From: Neolecta irregularis DAH-3
Lineage: Eukaryota
Reading direction: 5' to 3'
NCBI GenBank assembly: GCA_001929475.1
Contig: LXFE01000206.1
Coordinates: forward strand, 1-64,000
Length of the DNA: 64,000 nucleotides
Under the pieces are notes generated by a model. That model was not told where the DNA came from, searched no databases, and worked only from the letters and a program-made list of their open reading frames with translations. Below, in pieces: positions 41,869-55,186 of this stretch. Position 1 is the stretch's first letter, and each line of letters begins with the position of its first letter. A program made the translations under genes and the position numbers.

Positions 41869-44016
41869 CTAAGCTTTGCCTTTCATCGCCGAGCCTCTTT
41901 GGGTTTCTTTAGTGCGTGCAGTGACTACTTGGTCAGTCCGATCCTTGCCTTTGACATTTTGTTTGTCCGGTTTCAACCGTACCGTTGGGGCTTTGAAACG
42001 CCCTGTACGACTTTTTCCCATCAGAAGACCCGCTGCAGAAACACCACGATCTGTATTATCGGTCTCTCCGTTCCAGCAATATTGGTTAAAGCACTTTACG
42101 CATTCATCGGTACGAGAGTAACTGAGTGTCTCTCGACCACGATCAATTATTGCACATCCAAGACATATTGGCCATTGATCATCCAACTCTCCACCCCCAC
42201 GAGTCATTATATTGTAGCCATTTTGAACTACATTGTCTCGTTGTTCCGTATTGTATATAAATTGCAGCGTCGTGATATTGCTTATGGCACTCATGGGGGC
42301 GTTCGGGATATACACGATGATCGGCGGTGGCCTAGTTGGTTTGCCACCAGAGACAGTAAAATTAGAAGAATCACAACCGAAAAACGTTGGCCGTTGGCTC
42401 AAGCCGAGATTAACAAACGTATCTTGACCCGGAATGTGTGGAAATGGAGTTCCGTTTGCGATTGAAGAGCCATAAGTTCTCCTATAAGTTGCGACTAAAG
42501 ATGAACCATTCGGCCATATTTCGGCGGTATCAAAAGACTGAAAAGTCAGTTGTTATATTCAAGGGTAAGACATACAGTATCGATCGTGATGATCACATCG
42601 AGTGCTCGCGCAGGTTGAATTAAGGGATTGAATGGAATATTTTCATTAGCAGAACCGCCATCGACCAAAGTCAAATATGGATTGGAAGAAACATAAGTGT
42701 TCTGATTGCTATTTTGAAAAGGATTTGGATACTGTGCAAGTCAGGCAAAAAGACACAATGACATGAATATACGTAAGAAATATCTCTCTCTGACCAAGAA
42801 CCGAAGTTCAAAAGCTGCTTTTTGACCCAGTTCCATGCCCCCGCTTGTTTCATGGCGTCAATTAAAAATATATAGAACATCGAAGAGCTTGTGGCTGTAG
42901 CAAAACTAAATCATTCATTGCAAGATATAATGACAGCTGCTTTACCTCATGTCATCGAAACCTTGAACGCATTTCCCATCGACTGGCTTTCCATCTTTCA
43001 GAGTCGTTCCAAGATACTCCATTTTGACGAAATGATTCAAAGGGGGGTCCCAAGAACCCATTTCATAAGGGTTAAACTCGTACACCGTTGCATTCTCTGG
43101 AATGACTTGGTTCGCTGTCTCTCGTCCAACTGCAGTAATTGTAGGAAACGGTAGAGCATAGTTTTTGAAAGCATCTGATTCGGAAACACCAGAGAAGGAG
43201 AGATCAACCTTTCCCCTTTTCCAGTATAACCTACGGGACAGCATCCGTGCCCTGGGATTAGGGAGTATTTAGGCAATTGCATACCACACATCAGTAGCTG
43301 TCATACCAAATCCAGCATATCTTTTGCCAGTTACCTCCGAGAAGATTTCCATCCAATACTGAGGAAGAATCAATGAAGAACAACAACTCAATTATACCCT
43401 GAAGTTGCCAAGCCAACCCTCTTTTGGAGTATAAAGAGAGGTTTCAAAATTCAACGTTCGCTGAAGCAAATCACTGATTTTGGGCATACCAGCACATATA
43501 GCCGCCGTAACGAACCAGGCGCTTCCAGAGTTTCCGGAAATATAACTGGACATTTGGAGGATTCCTCCAGTCTTGTGATTCACACTCTTTGTTTCCCCTT
43601 CGTCCAAAGCTTCAATAACACCGGCACTTGTATAAACTGAACGAAGGCCTCCCCCAGATAATGCTAGTCCAATTCGAGGCATATGTTTTCTTAAGAATTC
43701 ATCAGAATCGAAATTAGAAAGTTGGAGACGATCGAAATAATTCTTATAGGAAGCTTCGTTGGCTTTTTGACGGCCCCGAATATAAGCTCTCTCACTCTCA
43801 TTTATGTTCTTAGGGTGTTAGAAAATCAGCTATAGCAGGAAGATTTACATCTGCATTTCGAATGAATTGATAATTTTCTTCTGGGCATTCAACGTAACCA
43901 GGCGTGTAGGAAAGATTTGGCGATGCTCGCTTCAGAAGCTGTTTAGGCCAACAGAATGAATTCACAGATATCTGTGTAATGGAACAGAATATTATGACTC
44001 TTGATAAGAATCTCAT
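41869..44016 (-). CDS. Secreted lysophospholipase / phospholipase B
   Basis: Signal peptide plus KR; IGLALSGGGLR, SGNSGSAW nucleophile elbow, YEFNPYEMGSWD, LVDGG, CLGCAII, CFNQYCWNG. Confidence 0.93.
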
Positions 44017-44519
44017 GGCACTCAGCAATCCCTCCTAGAACTGAATGCAAAGGAGGGAAAAAAGACACTGGATATAAAGATATAACGAAATATCCCAGCA
44101 AACCCCTCGAACAGATGTCTCGGGGAATAAAGGTTTGTCTCATCCTCCAATGAAGTAGGAATCCTTTGCCACAAATTAGCAGTCGAAGAAATGTGATCTG
44201 AATAAGGTATGTACCCCGCCCAGTTGAATAATGGAATGCAAAAAGCGACAGTTTACATATTCCTCATCTTGATTTATGGACAAAATATCGTCGTACCATA
44301 TCATATCTTGGCGTTGTCTGTAAGTGATCGCCGGAAGTACAATAAGACTCGGTTCAATAATCTAACCTAAGTGCGGGAACTTGGTTAGGTATGGGTAATC
44401 ATGCAGGTTAATATACTCCAATATTGCGGACATTCAATATTGATAACATCTCCAATCGTGATAAGGACTTACGTCCTTACATTGTCTGACTGATTCTTCG
44501 TGTGTTGAGATGAATAATT

Positions 44520-45071
44520 GAGACATAAATATCCTAAGTACCACTTTGCCCTCTGATAATTGGCTGCCGGTAGAGAATTGCCGATAGAAAGTCAGGCCAG
44601 TGCTCGGATTATATAAAAAGAAAACTCATAGATGAGCTTCAAGAAGCAGTGAATGAGAATATTTTTTCCAGAATGGTGCACGTGGTCATTTTAAATTTTT
44701 TCGATCTTAATGGAAGAATGAAGTCATTGCGAGAGTAGCTGGCCATTACATTTTCCGGCTTCATCTAAGGATTCCGGAGATATTGCTCAATGAAGCTGTC
44801 AGAATTCTGAACTCGTATTGTCTCAAGATACACCGGCCGTATTAAACTGGAAGCTTATCTGACATTAACAACAGTCGTAAGAACAGGGAACAATTGAACA
44901 AGAGAGCCCAGTGTCACCATCTAGATTACAGGCACTGATGAGAAAGCTTTTGAGCTGGTAATAACCGGTAATTTCGCTCTCACGAAAGAATACCTGTCGG
45001 AATATCGTATTTTACAAGCGATAAACCAATTGCTAGAGATGGAGGGATATGAAGGGACTAAGATCTTATGA
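44520..45071 (+). CDS. Possible micro-exon gene or pseudogene, product unknown
   Basis: Short GT-AG introns can be removed to give HKYPKELPIENELQEAVNENIFSRMNEVIARVAGHYIFRLHLRIPEILLNEAVRILNS; start and end ambiguous. Confidence 0.3.
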
Positions 45072-45113
45072 GCGAACATCATCTAGATGAAACAATGTCA
45101 AAGATCAGCTTTA

Positions 45114-46676
45114 CTAATATTTTTTCTGTCGTTTAATAGGTCGTTCACCAGTCGGACCACTTCTGGTACATGGAGGATCCAAGCTTGCCAATGGCTTCAA
45201 AATCCTCTGATAATCTTCGATGAGCGATTCGAATGTTTCGTTGATCTTCTCAATCCGTTCAAATTTATCAAGCTGCATCAAAATTTGCTACATTGATTAG
45301 TTGATGATCACGAGTGTCGTTTACGTAATTATACTTGAATAGGCGGGTCTTGACATGGATTCGAAAATCTTTACAAGCCTTGGTGTCTTTTGGGTCAAGA
45401 CGTTGTTGAAGAGCCATCTCTATGCATCTGTTAAATTGCCTCTAATTAAGTTGGTCAAAGCAAGATGAATGAGCAGCGTACCGGCGCCATTTTATTTTCT
45501 TGTCTCGTTTTCTTGAGCCAGTCTTTCGAAATGGGGAGTCTGAATTCGGGGTCATTGAATACCTGACTCGCTTCGAGGCGTGCCAAATCCCTCCTATCTC
45601 GCAGATCCTCGAAAGCCTCTGACGGATCCTCGACAGTAATCTCTTTGCAATTCTCGTCGCCAATGAGATCAGTGAAAATGGCATCGTATAGTCTTCCTTA
45701 CAAGTAAGATTAGGCAGATGCGTGATAGACAATACCTCCATGGCCGTGCTTCCGAAAGGGAGGGAGCACAAGAAATTGGGATATGCGTTTTCGAAGAAAG
45801 GATCCGCACTTTCGATCGTAGTAATAGTAGGAGTAGATCGTTGAATATCCCATAAATATACAAGACCTCTCAGTTTTTCGATATCTGTATATTTAAGCGT
45901 CGAGATTGGGTCGAACCGTACAAGGTATATAGATCCCACCTGTCATCGTCTTGTCCAATTAAACTCCCACCTTCAATATAGAACAGACAAAGAGGATCAA
46001 TATGCGCATGAAATTTCTTCGTATTATCGTCAGCCATATTACTCTAGGCCTTCAGTTCAATATTGAAACGTGTAAACCTGATATATCTCGAAAGTTTGCT
46101 CGTTGACTTGATAAGAATCCAATTTCTTACCAATGGGAGTATATGTTCTGCTTACCGTTTTCAGGTGATTGGTGAAGACCTTCTCGTCGAGTGTGATGTC
46201 TGGATCAGATAAACATTCTATCAACAAATGATTTCATACCATCGCCAAATTGATCTCTAAATAGCCTTTCGATATCCTCAGCCTCAACACCATAAGAGCC
46301 AGGCATTTTCTCGGAATATCCAATGTTGAGATATGGAAACATATCGCTTGCTGCGAATTTCAACTGGTGACGATTGATATTCATTGGGGGAACGTTATGC
46401 GTACACAAACTTTGAGATTTTTATATCCAATGATCGTTTCTGCTTCGCCAAAAAGTGGATATGTAAATGCAGGGTGAAAATCTTCAACCAACGATTCATC
46501 TTTAGCGCGGTCATTTCCTTCATTCTGACATTCGGTACTCTCAGCTTGACGGTAAACTCGTGGGTGTAAATCGACGTACTCAAAGAAATATGGATAGCAT
46601 CATTTGCATCTTCACATAACCAGTCGTTTCCGACCGAAGTTTGGGCTTCGCAGGGTTCAAATTGAGTCGATCTCAT
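45114..46676 (-). CDS. HAT1: Histone acetyltransferase type B catalytic subunit
   Basis: FHPAFTYPLFGEAETIIGY and RKRISQFLVLPPFRKHGHG acetyl-CoA motif read in spliced frame. Confidence 0.93.
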
Positions 46677-46686
46677 CGTTGAGGTG

Positions 46687-46733
46687 TTGACGTCAAGTGA
46701 AGTTCAACAAATCAATCAAGCTTCGACACGCGT
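46687..46733. promoter_or_regulatory. CRE palindrome and MCB box in the ~100-bp HAT1/ATX2 divergent promoter
   Basis: TTGACGTCAA 46687-46696; ACGCGT 46728-46733. Confidence 0.5.
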
Positions 46734-46777
46734 TTCTTGTTCTTTCATACCTACTTAGGTGGAACGAAAACATTTCA

Positions 46778-47838
46778 ATGGTTTCTGGGCTTCTAAGATT
46801 AATTCTGCTATGCACCATCATGGGGATCACGTATTGTTCATGACCTAAAGAAGCTCTAAGAGTTGCAGTTCATTTGGAGCTGGGATTTTCCCATTGACGT
46901 TTGCGCTGGAATATAGCCGATTGCGTTTAGTATCGAGCCTTGGAATGGGCATTCTGGTCGGATCAAGCCTTGCTGTCATTATCCCAGAAGGAATTGATAC
47001 ATTATATTCCACTACTGAGACGTCGCTTGATGAGCAGAGCTATTCGTTTGCCTTTGAAACTCGAGAGAAGGATTCGGTATCCAAGTCCTTTCATCCGAAT
47101 AACTCTCTCGAGAAACACCCCAAATCAAATGGACTAAATTCGTTGCCCCACAATTACATAGGAATATCCCTGATGTCAGGTTTCATACTGATGTTTCTGA
47201 TCGACCAATTGTCCGGGTCACATAGTCATTCTACCTACACTAAAGTCGGCGACCCGACAGAGCTTTCAACAGTAGAGCGATCATCACCTATCACATACGC
47301 CAATATCCATTCTCCACTCAGGTCGGACGATCCATTAGACCGCAGTTCATCGACTTCAATTGCCTTAATATTACACAGCACTACAGATGGAATTGCACTT
47401 GGAGCCTCAACCGCCTCAAGTTCGGCCAAGCCATCGCTCCAAGCTCTCGTTTTTCTGGCAATTATGCTTCACAAAGCCCCTACAGCCTTCGGGCTCTCAA
47501 CCGTACTAATTCGTGATGGCATCTCTGGCCGGAAAGTGACCCAGCAAATTGCATTGTTTAGTTTAGGCGCTCCACTGGGAGCGCTTTTGACATGGTCGCT
47601 AATCATGTTGCTCGGACGTGGTGTTAATTTATCCGGAGAAGACATAAAGTTCTGGACAGGAATTCTATTGCTTTTTAGCGGTGGAACCTTCCTTTACGCA
47701 GCTACCCATTTGCTGTCTGAACACTCTAGACAAAATAGTGGGAGATCTCATGGCTTCACCAAGACGGAGTTGGGCCTGACAGTTTTCGGCATGACAATTC
47801 CTTTGGTGCTGACAACTTTACTAGGTCATGGGGATTAG
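46778..47838 (+). CDS. ATX2: ZIP-family metal transporter, Atx2/ZIP9 type
   Basis: [49 protein letters not shown]; short first exon. Confidence 0.9.
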
Positions 47839-49415
47839 ACAACTGATTTGATTTTTTGAAATATAAGTGTTGCATTTGTACCCCCGAAACCGAAACTGTT
47901 TTTCAAAACAACATTAATTTTCCTTTCCTGTGCTGCTTTCGGTACATAATTACATGTGAACTCTCCACCGTGATCGTCTATATATTCGAGATTGCGAGTG
48001 GGCGGGAGTACATTCTGTGGGTGTAAGACGATACGAGAAATAGGGACACACATAGAACATTGCTAATACAGAGAATATGGCCTCGATTGAACCAGCAGCA
48101 CCTAATGAATGACCAATTGCCCCTTTTGTGCTCGAAATATTGACATCCTCTGGCTTTGAATGACCAAAGTCCGATAGAAGTACTTTCTTGATGGCGCGAT
48201 TCTCAATGACATCACCTAACTTTGTCGATGTAGCATGGGCATTGACATAGTCAACCTGAAAAGGACGAATCCCCGCATGTTTAAGTGCTCTTTCCATGGA
48301 AAGAATTGCGCCTGATCCATCTTCTGGAGGAGCCGTCATTTGATAAGCATCTGCTGAAACTCCATATCCAGAAAGCTCAGCGTATACCCGAGCACCTCGG
48401 TTCTTTGCGTGTTCAAGCTCCTTCATGTCAGTGAGGGATGAATATGTATGGATTACTTCAAGGACCATTATACCAGCTCCTTCTCCAATGACAAAGCCGC
48501 CTCTTGCCTTGTCAAATGGACGGGAAGCATCTTGAGGGCGATCGTTCCATTCTGTTGCAAGGCTCTTGGCCCTAGGGAGTTAGATTACCTTTTGGCGGGG
48601 CAAAGGACACACCTCACAAATCCTGCAATAGCCAAGGGCGAAATAGAAGCTTCTGAACCCCCAGCGAGCATAATATCTGCATCACCAAAATGTATAAATC
48701 TAGCAGCATCTCCTATTGCATGTGCCCCGGTTGTACATGCTGTTGACACTGCATGATTAGGTCCCTAATGAGATCAGGAGGATGGGTTAGGCAGTGGTTT
48801 GTGAACCCTGAATCCATGACGCATACAAATGTGTCCCGCTGCCATGTTGATGAGAATTCGAGGAATAAACATTGGAGAAACTTTCTTTGGTCCCTCCGAT
48901 GTTAGCCCAGTATACCAAGCAGGAAAACGCACTCCTGCTTCGTATGCAATGGCGGTTGATACAATATCATCAAAACTACCTATCCCTGAACCTATACAAG
49001 CCCCCTAATGTAAGCATTGAAGAGATAAAAATATTTTACCGTCCGATCCTTTTGTTCATCATTAGAAGGTTTCCACTCAGCATCATCGAGTGCCTGCTCT
49101 GCCGCAGATATAGCATATTGGGTAAACATAGCCATTCTCCTATCATCCTCAATAGTCAGGCTAGTTTCTTTTGGACATGGTTACTCCAGGATTTAACCAA
49201 TTTGAAGAATCCCACCCACCCTCCTCATACTTTCCAAGTGGAATAACACCACCAATCGTACTTGATAATTCCCGATACCTGTCATCCCCATTTCGTCCGA
49301 TCAAAGAAACAATCCCGCATTCCCCATTAATCAGTCGAGTCCAAGTTTTCGAGACACCAACTCCTAGGGGTGTAACCAGTCCGAGTCCAGTAACCACAAC
49401 TCTCCTCGCCGTCAT
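47835..49415 (-). CDS. CEM1: Mitochondrial beta-ketoacyl-ACP synthase
   Basis: [55 protein letters not shown]. Confidence 0.96.
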
Positions 49416-49851
49416 GAACTTATTAAGATGTACTCTGTACTTCTACGGGATTGCACTCCTAGTCTTGGCGCTGTCGGTTATGTGGGTTGTTTTTGTTGCA
49501 GGACCAATGGGGTCGGCCAGGTTTATTTTGGAGAAGTTTGGATATCAAGATGTTCCTATAGTGCAGCTGATCAATGCTTTTCAGCGCGGATATAATCCAG
49601 ACAACTTAGGTGCAAAATCGAGAACTACATCTCCCTCCACTATCGGATCGTTAACTAGAATGTTGTTTCAGCGTCAAAAAGATCAAGTGAAGGAGAATCC
49701 TCAAAATGATGTCCCTGTATCGAATAGACGGAAAGATTACACGAAACGGAAAACAAGAGTTAGATTACCGACACAAGGACCTACACTGAGGAGTTGGAAA
49801 CTGCAAGGAGATACAAATTACAAGTCCAAAAAACAAGTATATCACATCTGA
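49414..49851 (+). CDS. Hypothetical membrane-anchored protein (145 aa; could start at 49177)
   Basis: Long open frame 49171-49851 with a strong TM segment LYFYGIALLVLALSVMWVVFVA and basic tail; no recognised homolog. Confidence 0.4.
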   Translation: MNLLRCTLYFYGIALLVLALSVMWVVFVAGPMGSARFILEKFGYQDVPIVQLINAFQRGYNPDNLGAKSRTTSPSTIGSLTRMLFQRQKDQVKENPQNDVPVSNRRKDYTKRKTRVRLPTQGPTLRSWKLQGDTNYKSKKQVYHI

Positions 49852-49963
49852 GAACGTAAGACTACGTACGAATCATAAGTTATACATCGTCTCCCAAACA
49901 GCCACACAAATGAAACACCAGCCAATGCCAAAGTTATTCTACATGCAAAACCATCAACTGAAA

Positions 49964-51666
49964 TCAAGAATCGCCGTTTCGAATCTGCATAATTTCGAAA
50001 TGAACTTCTTCGTGAACCCGATCTTCTAGAACCAGATCGGCATCAGCCTCGACCTCACGATATAATCTTCGACAAATGCCCTGATTCAGTTCAACGAACT
50101 TTTCCTTGGTGAGCAGAGTTTGATAAAATGGTTTTAAAGCGGATGAAACGACTTCGTGGACCATACATTTAGTTTCATAGGGAATCGTCGAAACCGGCGA
50201 CTGAGCGCGTGGAGAGCTGAGAGGTGGAGTAAAAAGTCCTGGTGGAGGTGTTCTATCGCGGCCGGGCGATGGTTGATCTGAGATGGGTGACAAAGAAGGT
50301 GGTGGAGGCGGTGATGTCGACAATGTGAGAGGCGGAAAGATTTTTATATCAGAGAGATCAGAATGCACTGGTGTTTGCATTTCCTCGACTAGTTGTTGCA
50401 AAAACCACTTCGATCCAGTGCCGACATCTGCATTTGTGTTTTCTGTTGTAGACGTTCTAGACGACGATATTCTAGCTTCCGGAATTTCAAGAGTATGGGA
50501 GATCATTCGAAGATCCTTGGCTTCTCTACACCGCGGTCTTTTGAATTTGCGAGATGGTTCTGCTGCTTGGGAGGAAGACTCATGCACGGAGTCCATAATC
50601 TTGCGTTTCCTTGAAGAAGAAGGCCGGTCGGCTTCAAGTTTTGCTTCTTCAAACATCTTCCATGCATCATCTTGAACAACTTCTTCAGTGCTCTTCGGTA
50701 ATGGTGGCGATTCGGTTGGAGTGGGAAGAACCGTATTGGTGGTGCTATAAAATCTTCTTCCCATATTGCGCTCGCTAGCTTGAACACGAGCCTCCCAGAT
50801 CCGCCTTTCCTGTTCCCTTTGGCGGCGTAGTTGTCGTGAGGCAGCCGTATCTTCTTGTGATTCTTCAAAGTCTTCCAGTAGCATGACTCTAGCGAGCGCC
50901 CGATCTCGCATGATTTGCCAATGTTCACGTTCCAATCGAATAAAAGCAGCTCCGCGTGGGGGAGCTTCCACTTGATTATGATTCAGTTGTCTTTGACGGT
51001 ACTCTTCTATCTGCGCAGATTCGGCGTGCTGTTCAGCTCTTCTCTGAGCAGCACCCATATCAGTACAAGCCGGACAGAACCAATTTAACGGATCGACATC
51101 CTCATGGATATTTAGGCAGTGAACGTGGTACGTATGTTCGCATTCCTCGCAAATTAAAATATCATCCTCTTGTTCCCTTGTAAGTTGGCCACATTGATGA
51201 CAACGTTGGGTCTGACGAAAAGCAGATGTATCAACGTTCTTTGGGATATCGCCAACAGGAAAGAAATAATCTATAAAGCCTGTGAACATCAGAATGAATA
51301 TTTCCGCATTATGGATATTTACCGTGGACCACTTTCGATACATCAACACGCTGGAAGGCCTGACGACACAAAGGGCAAGTATTGGCGACCTGACCACATC
51401 AGTTAGTGAAAGAATCATTCTAATGAGGACGATTACCATCAACCATTCCGACAAACAAGAAAGATGAAACTATCCGGCCGGTCAGATAAGCCGACATGTA
51501 CAGTAAAGGTGAATAATACCATATGAGGACAAGAATTTAAATGTGCAATTTCATGCGTTTCTACTGAATTTATATTTCCGGATTCTTCTTCCGAGGAGAT
51601 CGGCATTAAATAATCCAGTGTATTCATACATATAATACACTCATCTGGTATACGTGCAGACTCCAT
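49964..51666 (-). CDS. ASR1: RING + PHD finger E3 ligase, Asr1/PHRF1-like
   Basis: CIIC...CPHMFHLSC...CPLC RING across introns; CHQC..LICEECEHTYHVHCL..WFCPAC PHD; SRI-like C-terminus VSSALKPFY. Confidence 0.8.
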
Positions 51667-52314
51667 GATTGTGGTATAGATAACGCAAGGGGACTGGGAA
51701 AGTTCGAAGGGTTGATAGATGGTGAGTAGGCGGGGGGGCTTCTGCTATTTATACACCTTTGCACCCTAATTTGCGGCGTTTGCACTACCCCTTTGGATCA
51801 TAGGCAATACGCTTATTCTAGCTCTAGACTGAGATTCACTCCTTTATTGTTAAGAAAACTTCTATCATTCAGTTCGATCCGAATTCAAGGAACCGTATGG
51901 ATGGTTGGAATTGAGAATGACAAATCGGAGTTTTCCTTGTAAAACACCTTTGAAATATATGTTTTCAGCAGAATATGTTTGCCTCCTCATACTATGGATC
52001 TGCGGTAAAAGTTAACGCTGCGCAATGACTTTGCGGATCTATTTATAGCTGTTTACATTTGGGAGAAGGAGTGGTTCTCAAATGAAACTTTGTGAACATC
52101 GCTCCAGCTGTTCCCAGTGTTCAGCACAGTGAATACTGTTTATAATCCACTCGCTGATTTGGAATCTGTAGCTCTGTCGATAATGAAACCATGATCAAGT
52201 TAGCTGATCAAGGAAATCATCTCAAAGGTCTGATATCCAGGAAGAGACTGGACTTCGAAAGTGAATTCAGCGAGACATATTAATGCCACCACCACCACTA
52301 CCTTCAATAACCCC

Positions 52315-54358
52315 ATGACAAAAAAGCTATCCGATCTTCTATCCCAGTTATCTCTTGCCAGATCAGCTGATAGTCATGAAAAAGTCCTTCAACTTGCCGA
52401 GTCAATTCTCGCACAAAAACCTGAGGACCAAGTAGCGCTAAAAGCAAAAGTTACCGCTTTGATCAAATTGGATAAATATGAAGCAGCGATGCCTCTAACG
52501 GAACGCATATCGGGCCCAGCTGGGAAGCTCTTCAAAGGCTACTGCCTTTATCGACTGGGTAGAAGTGAGGACTTGGAAGCGATTGAAGGGCCAGGACGAG
52601 GTTTACTCCACGTCAAAGCTCAGATGGTATCGCCAAGGATGTTAAACGTAGACTCACAAGTAGGCATACAAAGCCGAAAGCTTTGAAAAGGCATCTGCAA
52701 TATACGCTCAATTGATAGCAGGAAAAGCCGAAGTATTTCTTTCTTATGAATTAATTATTAACCTTCAGGTTTCGAACGAAGACTCTGATCTTGCTATCAA
52801 CTCAAAAGCAACTATTGCTAACCTGGCCTGGAATCACAAGTCAATCACGAAATTTCCAACTCTTTCGGAGCCATCAGTTAGTCATGAAGATCTCTTTAAT
52901 CAAGCATGTCTGCACATCGCCCAAAACAGCTTCCAATCTGCAAGGGTGCTTCTTGATAAAGCTAAGGGTATGTATTATTATACTGGACTCTATCATTGAC
53001 TTGGAGATCTGTGCCAGAGACTCGATTTCGATCTGTCTGACATGAAAACAGAACTAGCTCCCATCAACTCACAAATTGCATATGTGAATCAGATTCTTGG
53101 CAGTCATGCAGAAAGCCTAGCCGGTTATGATGCAGTACTACAAGACGAGTGCATCTCTTTGAAGAACTTGAAACTTAGTGTATAGATCGTTAGACTCAAC
53201 TACAGAAGCAATCATCAGTAACAACAAACTAGCATCACAAGGTTCAGAAAACCCATATCTCGCATTCCGGTTATTTGAGCGCGAAAAGACGACATTTCCA
53301 GATCTCAAACTCTCCTGTTTTCAGTCCCATCTTTTTCAAAGAAATGAACTTGCGGTCAAACTGCAAGCTGGACGAACTCGACTAGCGAAAAACGCAGCTA
53401 ACAGATTTCAGCACTCGGAAGACATGGCCATGGTCATAAGCATCTTAAAGATGCATAAACCTTCACAAGCCATCAAATCTTTGGATCAAATTTTGGAAAA
53501 AGAACCTGGCAATATTTTTGTCGCTCTCGCGGCCATCCAGTTAAAATTACAATATAAAAAACGGATGAACGCTGTCTCAACGCTGGAAAGACTATTGTGC
53601 ACCCTCACAGATGACCAGAAATATATTCCCGGACTTGTGGGATTAGCCGTTGCATTGTACGACAAAATTGGGAATAGAGTTGCTTCTCTAGATATTTTGG
53701 AAAAGGCGCGACGCTTTTGGGTCGGAAAAAATGTAAGCTCACTTGTATTTGAGATATGCATTAGCTGATATTTTTCAAGTCAGGCGAGCATCTAGACCTG
53801 ATTCAATATGCCGGACTTGTCAAACTAAATGAAGCGATTTCGTTCGGCAACAAAGAAGATGCCCAAGCTATCGCTTCGAATTTTAAATCACTAGCTAGAC
53901 TCATCCCAGGCGATCAGCGTGCAATAGCAGGACTTGTTGCAGTATATTCATTTCTTGATCCTAAACGCACTTTACAGTACGTCGAGGGATTACCGCCCGT
54001 TGAATCATTTACTCGGGATATAGATGTTGAAGAACTCGAAAAGGCTGGCGTACCTCTCAGCGAATCGCATAAACGACCAGCCGAATCTTGTACTTTTGAA
54101 TCTGAGAAGAAAAAGAAAAAGAAAAGAAAGCCATTGTTGCCCAAAAACCTTGATCCGTCAAAGGAAATTGACCCGGAAAGATGGCTACCGAAGCGCGAAC
54201 GAAGTTCTTATTATTCCAAGGGTAAGAAGACCAAACGAAATGGCCCGGGCGGAGCTACTCAAGGTGGACCTGTTGAATCTTCAGGTTTACAGTTGGCTCC
54301 TTCTGTTGTATTGTCTGGAGGAAGCATTAAGAATAAGAAAAAAAAAGGACGGAAGTGA
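52315..54358 (+). CDS. SRP72: Signal recognition particle subunit SRP72
   Basis: TPR N-terminus (ALIKLDKY, GYCLYRLG, HVKAQ) and DPERWLPKRERSSY, GATQG. Confidence 0.95.
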
Positions 54359-54404
54359 GAGACTTGATGAACATTGTTTATAATACAAAGACGTGCATAG
54401 TAGA

Positions 54405-55088
54405 TCAAAACAGAGTATCTTCGTCTCTTAGATATTCGCCGACATCTGCTTGATGAAATGCGGCGATTGCTGTAGGTTCAATTTTTCTAGAGTCTGCTGT
54501 TGATCGAGCAGTGACTCCAATTCCCTGGATATTAGTCAGTTTCTCGTATATATGTTACTAACCAATGGAGAATCATTCATGTTATAAATCACTACTCCTT
54601 GATGTTCAGGTGTGTCATCACTTATTCGCCCGATATGGGCTTTCAAGATGTGATTTCCATAGAGGAAAGGCATTTCTCCATTTGGTTTAACCCAAATCTT
54701 GTATTTTGCATAAGGTGATATCACATCAAGAGCTGTAATATGGATTTTGAACTTCCCACTCTTGGTGAATTTACCAATACACGTTCCTAGTGAAAGAAGA
54801 TTTGCTCGAGCAACGGCGGTTGCGACTTTCATGATGCGCTCGCTGTTATTAACTGGGTTCTGAAAGAGACGCATACGAGACGTAGTATACGCGATCTTTC
54901 TGGAGACGGAAACAATGGGGATCATCTGGCCTATCGATAAGGTGGGTGATATTCCGTCCAATACTTTGGCATTAGATCGATATTAGGTAGACATACTATT
55001 GTGCAAGCTTTGTGAATAAAGTTTTGGTTTCTAAATTGTCAAATTATATCCCGAATAAACTCGAACCTTCTTCCGTCAAAGACCTCAT
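54405..55088 (-). CDS. NIP7: 60S biogenesis factor Nip7
   Basis: [53 protein letters not shown]. Confidence 0.97.
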
Positions 55089-55186
55089 GGTGGTTGCAGT
55101 TATCTTACCTCTACAAAAAATATCTACCCGGAAAAAAATGTGTCGGGAGTCTTTCCACTTTGTAAACTCCACCATAAAAGAATCTT

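Noticed and set aside
45442-45939. 165-aa minus-strand ORF as a separate gene
   Set aside because: Alternative frame over HAT1 exons; the HAT1 motifs are in another frame
36389-49415. ABC transporter + phospholipase + ketoacyl synthase as a secondary-metabolite cluster
   Set aside because: The KS is the stand-alone mitochondrial FAS II enzyme CEM1; no PKS/NRPS or tailoring genes, and HAT1/ATX2 intervene
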